DNA of 64,000 nucleotides from Minisyncoccota bacterium (lineage in GTDB: Bacteria > Patescibacteriota > Minisyncoccia > Phycocordibacterales > UBA6065): NCBI GenBank assembly GCA_041661645.1, contig JBAZUA010000001.1, forward strand, positions 192,189 to 256,188, read 5' to 3'. The notes under the pieces were generated by a model. That model searched no databases. It was not told the DNA's origin and saw only the letters and a list, made by a program, of their open reading frames with translations. Shown here in pieces: positions 54,702-63,762 of the stretch (position 1 is its first letter; each line of letters starts with the position of its first letter). The position numbers were made by a program, and so were the translations under genes.

Positions 54702-55898
54702 ATGCCACACATCATTCCTGAAGTAGAGACATTCGCCCGAATAAAGGTTGTAGGCGCAGGCGGTTCCGGAAAGAACACGCTTAACCACATGATCAACTCC
54801 AAGGTAAAGGGAGTCGACTTCATCGCGGTCAACACCGACGCGCAGGACCTCCATCACTCTCTCGCAAAGAAGAAGATACACGTCGGCAAGAATCTCACCA
54901 AGGGACTCGGCACCGGAATGAACCCTGATCTCGGACGACGAGCCGTCGAGGAGACAAAGGAAGAGCTTCAGGAGGCTCTCAAGGGCGCGGACATGGTGTT
55001 CGTCGCCGGAGGAATGGGCGGAGGCACCGGATCGGGCGCCGCGCCAGTCATCGCCAAGACCGCCAAGGAACTCGGCGCCCTCACCGTCGCCGTCGTCACC
55101 AAGCCCTTCTTCTTCGAGGGCATACAGCGCATGCGACTCGCCGACCAGGCACTCGAAAGCCTTCGCAAGGAGGTTGATGCGATCATCGTCATCCCTAACG
55201 ACAGGCTCCTCGCCAACATCGACCGCAACACCACCGCAAAGGCGGCCTTCGCCATGTGCGACGAGGTGCTCAAACAGGCCGTAGAGGGAATCTCAGACCT
55301 CATCACGACCCCCGGCATCATAAACATCGACTTCGCCGACATCAGGTCAATCATGGAAAACACCGGCACCGCCCTCATGGGCATCGGAACAGGATCTGGC
55401 GAGAAGCGATCGGAGGACGCCGCCAAGATGGCGATTAGCTCCCCTCTCCTCGACGTATCAATCGCCGGCGCCAAGGGCGTACTCTTCTCCATCGCAGGAG
55501 GCGACGACCTCACCATGTTCGAGATACAGGATGCAGCCAAGGTCATCACCGAGTCCATCGACCCTAACGCAAAGGTCATATTCGGAACTGTCCGCGACGA
55601 GAAGCTCAAGAAGGGCGAGGTTAAGGTGACCGTCATCGCCTCCGGCTTCGGCGACGCCCCGGCCGTGGCACCCGTCGTGCGCAGCAAGTCCCTCTTCTCG
55701 TCTTCCGTTCCCCTCGAGCACAAGGACGAGCCGAAGGGAAAGATCCACAATACCGTCACACCTCCGCCAGCTCCAGCCAAGGAAGAGAGGGCCGAACCAA
55801 AGACGGTCATCGAGGACAAAAAGGCGGCCATTCCTACCATCGAGTCAGAGGATGACGATTGGGGTGCGGTGCCGGCGTTTCTCAGACGAAAAAAATAG
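54702..55898 (+). CDS. ftsZ: Cell division protein FtsZ
   Basis: Tubulin signature GGGTGSGAAP. NTDAQDL. T7 loop. A bidirectional terminator follows at 55905-55940. Confidence 0.9.
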   Translation: MPHIIPEVETFARIKVVGAGGSGKNTLNHMINSKVKGVDFIAVNTDAQDLHHSLAKKKIHVGKNLTKGLGTGMNPDLGRRAVEETKEELQEALKGADMVFVAGGMGGGTGSGAAPVIAKTAKELGALTVAVVTKPFFFEGIQRMRLADQALESLRKEVDAIIVIPNDRLLANIDRNTTAKAAFAMCDEVLKQAVEGISDLITTPGIINIDFADIRSIMENTGTALMGIGTGSGEKRSEDAAKMAISSPLLDVSIAGAKGVLFSIAGGDDLTMFEIQDAAKVITESIDPNAKVIFGTVRDEKLKKGEVKVTVIASGFGDAPAVAPVVRSKSLFSSSVPLEHKDEPKGKIHNTVTPPPAPAKEERAEPKTVIEDKKAAIPTIESEDDDWGAVPAFLRRKK

Positions 55899-56000
55899 TT
55901 TGCATAAAAAAGGTGCCGTAAGGCACCTTTTGTTTTGGAAAGAAAAAGCCCCCGCGCGATGACTCGTGTCGGGGGCTTCGTATCATCAAAAGGACTGAAA

Positions 56001-56627
56001 TCACTGCTTTCGGGCAGCCGCCAGGCCGATATCGTCACTCACATAATTACCACGCCAGGCGTTGATGCGGAAACCTTCGGCACCAAAACGTCCGACAAGG
56101 ACGCGAAATCCCTGCGAATCTAGATCGGCGCAACGAACACAGACACTCTCGAAAAGACGCTCTCCCGATTTAAGGAAGTGGCCGATCGCGGAATAAACCA
56201 CAATCCGAGCACTCGGCGTGTCCTCGTCCTTCGAGAGAACTGCCGACTGCTCTTCCCACTTCTTCGACATCGAGCCGGCGACAGGAAGCTTTCTGAACAG
56301 CCACCAGCCAACCTCGCCCCTGTCATTGACGAACGGCTCTGCATCATACCAGTCGCGTGGATAAAACAGGGTTTGATCGGGCAGATTGGCATACAACCTC
56401 TTGATATCAATGATGGACATCGGAAATACCGCAACAAGAAGGTGTGTGTCCTTGCACTCCATCAGGGTCTCTTCCGAAAACGGAACCTTGGAAAGGAATT
56501 CAAACTGCTCCTCCGTGGGAACCACAAAGAAGTGACTGACCGCCTCATCCATCCCAAAGAAGTTCTTGCCCATGATTTCACGGGCGCGAGCCTCGGTAAC
56601 TGGTCCTGATTTTGCTTTAGTAATCAT
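56001..56627 (-). CDS. Hypothetical protein (208 aa)
   Basis: Well-formed ORF between the ftsZ terminator and trxB. No domain recognised. Confidence 0.45.
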   Translation of the reverse strand: MITKAKSGPVTEARAREIMGKNFFGMDEAVSHFFVVPTEEQFEFLSKVPFSEETLMECKDTHLLVAVFPMSIIDIKRLYANLPDQTLFYPRDWYDAEPFVNDRGEVGWWLFRKLPVAGSMSKKWEEQSAVLSKDEDTPSARIVVYSAIGHFLKSGERLFESVCVRCADLDSQGFRVLVGRFGAEGFRINAWRGNYVSDDIGLAAARKQ

Positions 56628-56820
56628 ACTTGAGTTGAGTTAGCGTGAGAAAGTATGCGAAGACGACGTGTTTTCGTATCTTTTCTCCAATAACCCAACA
56701 TCTCTCAAAGAGCCAGCTTCCTCTGGTTTATACACTCCAGAACACATAAAGTCAATAATTACACAGCTCTGCAGAAATCCCCCACCCTGCTATAATTACC
56801 TGACTAACTTTTCCATCAAC

Positions 56821-57741
56821 ATGTACGACCTAGCAATCATCGGCGGCGGGCCAGCGGGAGTGGCGGCGGGGGTATACGCCTCGAGGAAGCGTATCAAGAC
56901 CATCTTCATCACCAAAGACTGGAACAGCCAATCCACGGTATCGGAAGGCATCGAGAACTGGATAGGCACAGTGAAGATTTCCGGCGCGGACTTCGCAAAG
57001 AACATGGAAGCACACCTTCGCGCATACGCATCTGACGTCGTCGACATCAAGACAGGAGTCCTGTGCCAGAAGGTCACAAAAACCGACCAAGGATTCGAGG
57101 TAGCGACCGATGGCGGCACGTACTCGGCAAAGACCGTCCTCATCGCCACCGGCAGCCACAGGCGCAAGCTCGAGGTCCCCGGTGGCGACACGTACGAGCA
57201 CAAGGGCATCACCTACTGCGCCTCGTGCGACGGGCCGATGTTCACGGACCGGGACGTGGTGGTCATCGGCGGCGGAAACGCCGCGTTCGAGAGCGCTTCC
57301 CAGCTCCTCGCCTACTGCAAGTCAGTCACCCTCCTCAACCGCAGCGACGAGTTCAAGGCCGACCCCATCACCGTCAAGAAGGTCCTCTCAAACCCAAAGG
57401 TGCGCGCGATAAAGGGCGCGATACCGACCGAGGTAAAGGGGGACAAATTCGCCAAGTCAATCTCATACAGGGACAAGGCCACCGGCGAGATCACCGAGCT
57501 CCCCACCACGGGAATATTCGTCGAGATCGGATCGATACCGACGACGGAGTTCGCGAAGGACGTCGTGACCGTCGACCCCTACGGTCGCATCGTCGTGGAC
57601 CCTCGCACCCAGGCGGCATCGACCGCCGGAGTCTGGGCCGCAGGGGACTGCACCGACGGAATCTATCACCAGAACAACATCGCGGCGGGAGACGCCGTGA
57701 AGGCGCTCGAGGACATCTACATATATCTGAACGCGAAATAA
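56821..57741 (+). CDS. trxB: Thioredoxin-disulfide reductase
   Basis: FAD motif DLAIIGGGPAG. Redox-active CASC. NADPH motif VVVIGGGNAAFE. TATAAT at 56791-56796 upstream. Confidence 0.85.
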   Translation: MYDLAIIGGGPAGVAAGVYASRKRIKTIFITKDWNSQSTVSEGIENWIGTVKISGADFAKNMEAHLRAYASDVVDIKTGVLCQKVTKTDQGFEVATDGGTYSAKTVLIATGSHRRKLEVPGGDTYEHKGITYCASCDGPMFTDRDVVVIGGGNAAFESASQLLAYCKSVTLLNRSDEFKADPITVKKVLSNPKVRAIKGAIPTEVKGDKFAKSISYRDKATGEITELPTTGIFVEIGSIPTTEFAKDVVTVDPYGRIVVDPRTQAASTAGVWAAGDCTDGIYHQNNIAAGDAVKALEDIYIYLNAK

Positions 57742-57759
57742 ACGACTTAGAGAATCAGG

Positions 57760-57978
57760 CTAACGATATAATTGGGAATGGGTGCCGGTGTCCATGAAAA
57801 TCACAGCGACATCACAATCCTCAAATATCGCCCTATAATCTCCCGTTATATTAGTACTCCTGCAATTCCTAAGCGCTCCGCCCAACGAGTGATTGTTCAG
57901 AATGGGGTATGTTTTCCGGAAGCTTCTTGAAAGCCTTCTCAAAGCGTTTCTTGTAGCGAATAACCATGAGCCATAAAA
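57760..57978 (-). pseudogene. YafQ/RelE-family toxin remnant, N-terminally truncated, in frame immediately after the antitoxin stop
   Basis: NNHSLGGALRNCRSTNITGDYRAIFEDCDVAVIFMDTGTHSQLY aligns with the C-terminal two thirds of YafQ (GSWKGYRDAHVEPDWILIYKL...FERTGTHAALF). There is no ATG. The first in-frame start is TTG at 57942, and the frame is open back to the antitoxin TAA. Confidence 0.45.
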
Positions 57979-58257
57979 TTAAAGGCCCTTGAGATAGGCT
58001 ATCGCATCTTTTGCGTTTTCAAAGACCGGTGAGAGGCCCTTCCCTTTCTTGGTTTCCCCTATATCCCGAATGAGTGACCTTCGAGTCCTTGGATTCAAAT
58101 CATCCTTTCGAGAAAGCCTGACATCGAGATCGCCTTCGACGAACGCCCTGGTGGCGAGCTTTAGAATGGACGCAAAAGGGACGCCCTCGTTACGAGCCTT
58201 CTTCATGGCCTTCTCCTTAAGCTTGCTGTCTATGTTAAAAACTACCTGTGTATTCAT
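57979..58257 (-). CDS. RelB/DinJ family antitoxin (ribbon-helix-helix)
   Basis: MNTQVVFNIDSKLKEKAMKKARNEGVPFASILKLATRAFVEGDL resembles the DinJ N-terminal RHH. AT-rich locus. Confidence 0.5.
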   Translation of the reverse strand: MNTQVVFNIDSKLKEKAMKKARNEGVPFASILKLATRAFVEGDLDVRLSRKDDLNPRTRRSLIRDIGETKKGKGLSPVFENAKDAIAYLKGL

Positions 58258-58312
58258 ATATATATCTTAGCTATATATAAGCTATATGTCAACCACCATG
58301 CGGGCACTGGGG

Positions 58313-58993
58313 TTAATCCCTCTGATCGCTGACTATCTTCCCATCATCGAGGCGCACCACGCGCTTGGCCATCTTGGCGTACTCCTCCTCGTGCGTGACC
58401 ATGATGATAGTCTGCCCCTGCTCGTATATCTCCCTGAAGAGGGCCATGACGGTGCGGGATGATTCGTTGTCGAGGTTTGCGGTCGGCTCGTCGGCAAAGA
58501 GCACGCGGGGCTTGTGTGCGAGGGCGCGGGCCACGGACACGCGCTGTTGCTCGCCTCCCGAGAGCTGGCTTGGCAGGTTTCCGACTCGATTGCCGAGGCC
58601 GACGCGAACAAGAGACTCGGTCGCCTCCCGATACGCCTCGGCCTTGGACTTGCCCTGCATCATGAGCGGCAGCGCCACGTTCTCGACGGCGGTGAGGTCG
58701 GGCAGGAGCGCATAGTCCTGGAAGACATAGCCGAGCTGATTGAGGCGAAAGACGGTCTTCTGCTCGGCGGTCATGTTGTGCGTGTCCTTGCCGAAGACGA
58801 ATATCTCGCCCGACGTCGGCTCGTCGAGGAGCGAGAGCTGGTAGAGGAAGGTCGACTTGCCAGCGCCCGATCGCCCGACAATGGCGATGAACTCCCTCTC
58901 GTCCACCGAGAAGTCGATGCCCTTCAGCACATGGGTCTGCTTGTCCCCGTCCGTGAAGGTCTTCCTGAGATTTTTTACTTCGATGAGTTTCAT
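58313..58993 (-). CDS. ABC transporter ATP-binding protein (MacB/LolD/FtsE-like)
   Basis: Walker A GRSGAGKST. Signature LSGGEQQRVSVARA. Walker B VLFADEPT. Start at MKLIEVKNL. Confidence 0.85.
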   Translation of the reverse strand: MKLIEVKNLRKTFTDGDKQTHVLKGIDFSVDEREFIAIVGRSGAGKSTFLYQLSLLDEPTSGEIFVFGKDTHNMTAEQKTVFRLNQLGYVFQDYALLPDLTAVENVALPLMMQGKSKAEAYREATESLVRVGLGNRVGNLPSQLSGGEQQRVSVARALAHKPRVLFADEPTANLDNESSRTVMALFREIYEQGQTIIMVTHEEEYAKMAKRVVRLDDGKIVSDQRD

Positions 58994-59015
58994 AAGATGT
59001 GTTTGTTTAGGCGGC

Positions 59016-60263
59016 CTAATTCCTCCCCAGGATGGAATCAAGGGTGTTCTTTCGGACGATCATGCGGGCCGGTATATATCCCGCGACCAGAGTGGTGATG
59101 ACCAAGAGCAGTATCCTGAACATGGTCTCCCCGAAAGGCGCCACCAGGATGCCGTCGGAGAACGGGAAGTCGATTGGGTTGGCGGCGATGTACGGCTGGA
59201 GGAGGCCGAAGAGGACGGCAAGGCCTATCGACGAGCCGAGGACCGCATAGAAGATGGACTGGAAGACGTATGAGGTCTCGATTGCGGTGCCGCTGATGCC
59301 GATGCCCTTCATGATGCCGATGAACTTGCGGCGGGTGATGGCATTGATGAAGATGACGATGAATATTGTGATCGATGCGACCGCGAGGCCAATCGAACTG
59401 ATCATGTTGCCGAGCAGGGCAAAGGTCGCCTTGATGTCCTGGAGGAACTTTGGCTGGGCGTCCTCGAAGGTCTGCACGCGGGCATATTCGGCGACACCCG
59501 ACCTGATGAGGCCGTCGCGCACGGCGATCGGATCGCTTCCGGGCCTGAGCTTCATGGAAATCTCGTCCACGTTGTAGTCGTCACGCCCGATGAGCCCGCG
59601 AAGCTGGCTGTCAACGAAGAACACGCGGAAGCCAAGCTCGTCCACCTTGGACTTGATGATGCCCTTTATGGTCATCTCGCGGGTGATGCCGCCCACCTTG
59701 ATACGGACCTTGTCGCCGATATTGATGTCAGAGAGCGTGGTGAAGCCAGGGGACTCGATCGGAAGGTATTTCTTGAGGAGGTTCGCGCCGATGAGAATCT
59801 GATCATAGTCATCCGACTTGAGGTACTCGCCCTCGACGATGAACTTGGACAGGTGGGTGACGCCGTCCTCGGCCGCAGGGTCGATGCCGACAAAGCTCGA
59901 TGCGGCGCTCTCGATGTCCTCGGTCTTTGCCGCCTCCTTGTAATGCGCCTGGATACTGCCGCCCTCGATATAGCGGGCCGTGTATGCGGCGGCCTCGGGC
60001 AATGCCGACACGATAGAGAGGATCTTTGGGGTCTGCTCGATGTAGTCCTTCTTGGGGAGCTTCGAGAGTATGACGTCGCTCGTGTAGTAGACACGGTTAG
60101 CATCGACGGACCCCTGAATGAGGCCAACAAGCACGCCGGACACCACCACGAGGTTGAGGAAGGTCAGCACCATGACGAAGACGATGAGGCTCGTCGTCCA
60201 GACGCTCGCCCTGCGGATCTGGCGCAGGGCCAGGAAGAATCCTATGCGTATGAATTGCGGCAT
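59016..60263 (-). CDS. ABC transporter permease, FtsX/MacB family (four TM with a large periplasmic domain)
   Basis: N-terminal TM, large extracytoplasmic domain, and C-terminal FtsX-like three-TM bundle. Confidence 0.8.
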   Translation of the reverse strand: MPQFIRIGFFLALRQIRRASVWTTSLIVFVMVLTFLNLVVVSGVLVGLIQGSVDANRVYYTSDVILSKLPKKDYIEQTPKILSIVSALPEAAAYTARYIEGGSIQAHYKEAAKTEDIESAASSFVGIDPAAEDGVTHLSKFIVEGEYLKSDDYDQILIGANLLKKYLPIESPGFTTLSDINIGDKVRIKVGGITREMTIKGIIKSKVDELGFRVFFVDSQLRGLIGRDDYNVDEISMKLRPGSDPIAVRDGLIRSGVAEYARVQTFEDAQPKFLQDIKATFALLGNMISSIGLAVASITIFIVIFINAITRRKFIGIMKGIGISGTAIETSYVFQSIFYAVLGSSIGLAVLFGLLQPYIAANPIDFPFSDGILVAPFGETMFRILLLVITTLVAGYIPARMIVRKNTLDSILGRN

Positions 60264-60269
60264 GATTGA

Positions 60270-61703
60270 TTATTTTGCGACCGTCGGATTGAGGAGCACG
60301 GAATCCCCTTCCACGAGTCCCGAAAGCACCTCGACATTGCCCTCAGAGTCAGACATACCGAGACCAATGACCTTCTGGACGCTGTCATCGGAGGTCTTGA
60401 GAAAGACGCTATTCGACCCATCCTTCGAGACTACGGAGCGAAGCGGGATGACGAGCGCGCCCGCCTTGCGGAAGGTCTCGATCGTCACATTGGCGGTCAT
60501 GCCCGACCTCACCCTCTCGTCAGCCGCATCGAAGGCGAGCTCGACCTTGTAGTTTGAGACGCCGTCACGGATGGTCTCGGCCGGATCGACGCGGAACATC
60601 TTTGCCGGAAAAAAGACTGATGAGCCATAGGCATCAAGGGTGGCGGTTGCCGCATTCCCCACCGACACTCCGGCGATGAGAATCTCGGGAACATAGGCGT
60701 CAATGCGGTAGCCCCTGCTTATGACGGAGACGAGCGCCTGATTGGGCGACACGGCCTGCCCGACCTTGGCGTCCTGAACCGAGACCACCCCCGATATCGG
60801 CGACACGATTGTGGTGCGAGACAGGTTCGCCTGAAGGCTCTGAACCATGGCAAGCGCGGCGCTCACCTTTGCCTGCTGTACGGGCACGTCTGACAGCGCC
60901 TGATTCAGGCTGTCCTCGGCCGATATGAGATTCGACAGAGAGGAGTTGACGTTCTGGCGGGCCAGGGCGACATCGGCCTTGTATTTGTCGATGCTTGCCT
61001 GGGACAATGACCCGTCTGCCCGGAATATGTTCACGGCCCGAGATACGTTGTTGAGGAAGGAGGATATAGTGGCGAGATATTTTCGAGCGGTCTCGGCGTC
61101 GGGACGATGCGCCCTCCAGGAGTCGAACGTCTCCTTGACGATGAGCCTCTGATAGTTGATGGTCGCCTCGAGATCGTCCGTGTCGTTGAAGGCGTTCACT
61201 ATCTCGGGATTGACCGTGTCGGGATTGGTGAAGAACTGGTCGGTCTTGTTGCGAATCGCGTCGTCGGCATTGCTATAGGCGCCGTCGATGGCCTGGGCGA
61301 GGGTGGCCTGGGCGGCCGCCGTCTTTGAGTCGAGCTGGGCGGATCCACCGAGTCGGACCAGCTCTGCCTGGGCCGAGGCGAGGTCAGCCTTTGCCTTGAG
61401 CACGTCGGCGTTGAGGGCGGCCGAATCGAGGGTCACGAGCACGTCGCCCGCGCTCACCGAATCCCCCACCCTCTTATAGACGCCCGCGACCGTGCCTCCG
61501 ATCTCGAATCCGAGGCTCGCGCTGTCCGTGGCCACGACCTTGCCGCTTATCTTCACCGTCTTGATGAGGTCATGCCTGGCGACGACGACTGTCTCGCCCG
61601 CCCCCTTCGAGCCTGAACTGAAGGTCGCGAACGCGAGAGCGAGGATGGCTATTCCGGTCGCTGAAAGGATAATCGTCTTGTGCTTCCTGATGAATGTGAA
61701 CAT
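60270..61703 (-). CDS. HlyD/MacA-family periplasmic adaptor (membrane fusion protein)
   Basis: N-terminal TM, biotinyl/lipoyl-like half motifs (ISGKVVATDSASLGFEIGGTV...GDVLVTLD), long coiled-coil hairpin, and beta-barrel. Confidence 0.75.
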   Translation of the reverse strand: MFTFIRKHKTIILSATGIAILALAFATFSSGSKGAGETVVVARHDLIKTVKISGKVVATDSASLGFEIGGTVAGVYKRVGDSVSAGDVLVTLDSAALNADVLKAKADLASAQAELVRLGGSAQLDSKTAAAQATLAQAIDGAYSNADDAIRNKTDQFFTNPDTVNPEIVNAFNDTDDLEATINYQRLIVKETFDSWRAHRPDAETARKYLATISSFLNNVSRAVNIFRADGSLSQASIDKYKADVALARQNVNSSLSNLISAEDSLNQALSDVPVQQAKVSAALAMVQSLQANLSRTTIVSPISGVVSVQDAKVGQAVSPNQALVSVISRGYRIDAYVPEILIAGVSVGNAATATLDAYGSSVFFPAKMFRVDPAETIRDGVSNYKVELAFDAADERVRSGMTANVTIETFRKAGALVIPLRSVVSKDGSNSVFLKTSDDSVQKVIGLGMSDSEGNVEVLSGLVEGDSVLLNPTVAK

Positions 61704-61749
61704 GCGTGTTATTATTTATATCCCCCTATCTTACTACAAAAAAGCGTTG

Positions 61750-61821
61750 TGACCCTACAGAGAATCGAACTCTGATTACAGCCTTGAAAAGGCCGTGTCC
61801 TAACCGTTAGACGATAGGGCC
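61750..61821 (-). tRNA. tRNA-Glu (anticodon UUC)
   Basis: Acceptor GGCCCTA/TAGGGTC. D-arm GTCT-AACGGTTA-GGAC. Anticodon loop TTTTCAA. T-arm CAGAG-TTCGATT-CTCTG. Confidence 0.75.
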
Positions 61822-61898
61822 ATTGCGGCCAAATATAGCAATATTTTGTAAAAATCGCAAAAATGTGAGAGTATGTGGAGCGCATCGGTTGCGGTCAC

Positions 61899-61985
61899 GG
61901 AGAGGTGGCAGAGTGGTCGAATGCACCAGTTTCGAAAACTGGCAGGCTCGAAAGGGTCTCGGGAGTTCGAATCTCCCCCTCTCCG
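61899..61985 (+). tRNA. tRNA-Ser (anticodon CGA), long variable arm
   Basis: Acceptor GGAGAGG/CCTCTCC. Anticodon stem-loop CCAGT-TTCGAAA-ACTGG. Variable arm. T-arm GGGAG-TTCGAAT-CTCCC. Confidence 0.75.
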
Positions 61986-62076
61986 CAGTCAGACTTTTTT
62001 ATCGGCAGACCCTGAGGCCTATGGATTTAGACAAAAGAAAACCGCCCGACGAGAGCCAGGAGGCTTTCGTGGACGG

Positions 62077-62565
62077 TCAAACCGTCGAAACTGCAAGAAC
62101 GAGATATTGTTCGGTCATATCTCTGTCCCAGATGAAGCTCTGAGCATCATTTTGCAAACCAATTCCAGGGACGTCGCTCTCGTCGCCGTCGTAGCCGAAG
62201 ATGGGGCCTCGACGGGCCGCGAGCGGCTGCTCCTTGCGAAACATCTCAACTTCGAAACGATTCGCGGGGCGGAGACCCATTTTTCCGAGCTTCTCTATCA
62301 TCTCTTCGGGCCGATGCATCATCTTGCCAAATTTGATGAGGTGGGCTTCGCCACCCTCGATGCCTTTCAACTCGAGACGAGTCAAGAGACCTCGTTCGAT
62401 GCCGACCACCGCATGGTGGTTGCCTTTGACATGGGCCGCAGGATCAAAGATAGCCGGAAAAATTCCTACCTCCAAGATGTCCTGAAACCTTTCGGGTGTC
62501 ATCTTATGCTGCTCGAGGAGTTGGAGGAAGTTTGCTAGCTGACCAGACGTAATCGTAGTTTTCAT
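62077..62565 (-). CDS. Hypothetical protein (162 aa)
   Basis: ORF in an AT-richer block downstream of the tRNA pair. No domain recognised. It lacks the peptide deformylase motifs I first considered. Confidence 0.4.
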   Translation of the reverse strand: MKTTITSGQLANFLQLLEQHKMTPERFQDILEVGIFPAIFDPAAHVKGNHHAVVGIERGLLTRLELKGIEGGEAHLIKFGKMMHRPEEMIEKLGKMGLRPANRFEVEMFRKEQPLAARRGPIFGYDGDESDVPGIGLQNDAQSFIWDRDMTEQYLVLAVSTV

Positions 62566-62859
62566 GACGAATCTTTTCGTTTCAGAAGCTATCCCCTATG
62601 AGAGGTAGCATGGGATTGTGCTTGGTCAACCGTTGTGGTTTACCATAGCCCTGAAACTCCTGTGAGAGGCTCGGGGCTATGGTAAACGAGTTTTAATGTA
62701 CTGATTTAACTTTATATATTATAACTCTTTTATATGTATATTGTCAAGTAATGCGTCTGTGACCCGTAGACCTTATTTAGAGCCATGAAATGGTGCTAAA
62801 ATATGCTTACAAGGTCTCATTGGGAAAGTTCGAATCCCTGAGACACCGCCAACAACAAA

Positions 62860-62892
62860 AAGGCGCCGTACGAACGGCGCCTTTTTCTTACA
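62860..62892. terminator. Bidirectional intrinsic terminator (ggcgccg-tacgaa-cggcgcc flanked by A5 and T5)
   Basis: Seen directly. Confidence 0.55.
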
Positions 62893-62908
62893 CTTTCTTC
62901 CCCACCCT

Positions 62909-63286
62909 TTATGCCGACACCACCCCACCCTTCCCCATCTTCTGATACCCCACGTACGAAACGACCAGTATCACCATCGCGATGATCGGGAAATACGCCA
63001 CACCAAAACCGTCGACGACCGCGATGCTGACAAAGGCCGCGATGAAATCGATGGCGAAGCCGGCATACGCCCATTCCTTGACCCTCTTTGGGACGAACGG
63101 GAGAATCAGCGCCAATGCGCCGAGAACCTTGAAGACGGTGAGCATGTTGCCGAAATACAGAGGATAGCCCAGGTGAGTGAAGCCGTCCTTTGACATCTGT
63201 GACTGCGAGGTGAGCGCGGGCATGACGCCCTCGAGCAGGAATATAAGCGAAGTCGCGATCCAAAACGATATTTTTGCTTTTTTCAT
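62909..63286 (-). CDS. DoxX family membrane protein
   Basis: Four-TM DoxX-like pattern (FWIATSLIFLLEGV..., GALALILPFVP...). Confidence 0.6.
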   Translation of the reverse strand: MKKAKISFWIATSLIFLLEGVMPALTSQSQMSKDGFTHLGYPLYFGNMLTVFKVLGALALILPFVPKRVKEWAYAGFAIDFIAAFVSIAVVDGFGVAYFPIIAMVILVVSYVGYQKMGKGGVVSA

Positions 63287-63348
63287 GGTGACTCTATTTT
63301 AACATTATTCATGCGGCGCGCTATACTGGAAAGACATAAACCATTCAT

Positions 63349-63678
63349 ATGATTAAAGAGCAACTCAAGGGCTTCGTGGATTTCATCAGGACGCAGGGCG
63401 TGGCCGGATTCGCCATCGGATTCATACTCGGCAAGGCGATATCGGACCTCGTCGCCTCGCTCGTGAGCGACATCATCAATCCGACCATCGGGCTCTTCCT
63501 CGGCAGATTCAACAGCCTCTCGGCCCTGAGTCTGAACGTGCACGGATCGATCATCGCCTATGGGAAGTTCATATCCCTCCTCATCAACTTCGTCATCGTG
63601 GCGGCCGTCGTCTATTTCGGCATCAAGAAGCTGAGCGAGCTCCTCGACAAGCCAAAGGGCGCGCCGGAGGCGAAATAG
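63349..63678 (+). CDS. mscL: Large-conductance mechanosensitive channel
   Basis: MIKEQLKGFVDFIRTQGVAGFAIGFILGKAISDLVASLVSDIINP matches the MscL TM1 consensus. 109 aa. Confidence 0.85.
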   Translation: MIKEQLKGFVDFIRTQGVAGFAIGFILGKAISDLVASLVSDIINPTIGLFLGRFNSLSALSLNVHGSIIAYGKFISLLINFVIVAAVVYFGIKKLSELLDKPKGAPEAK

Positions 63679-63762
63679 GCCGGATACTTTCCTTTATTTT
63701 TTGTTTAAGATTTCTTGGCGGTTCTTTGAATGCCCGTCGTGTATCATGCCCCCATGAAATCA

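Noticed and set aside
62077-62565. Peptide deformylase (first impression from size and context near tRNA genes).
   Set aside because: It lacks the GxGxAAxQ, EGCLS and HExxH motifs. It is treated as a hypothetical protein.
62836-62874. Possible additional tRNA gene (GTTCGAATCC T-loop and CCA-like end).
   Set aside because: Only an acceptor/T-arm minihelix can be folded. There is no D-arm or anticodon arm, so it is reported as a tRNA-like fragment rather than a tRNA.
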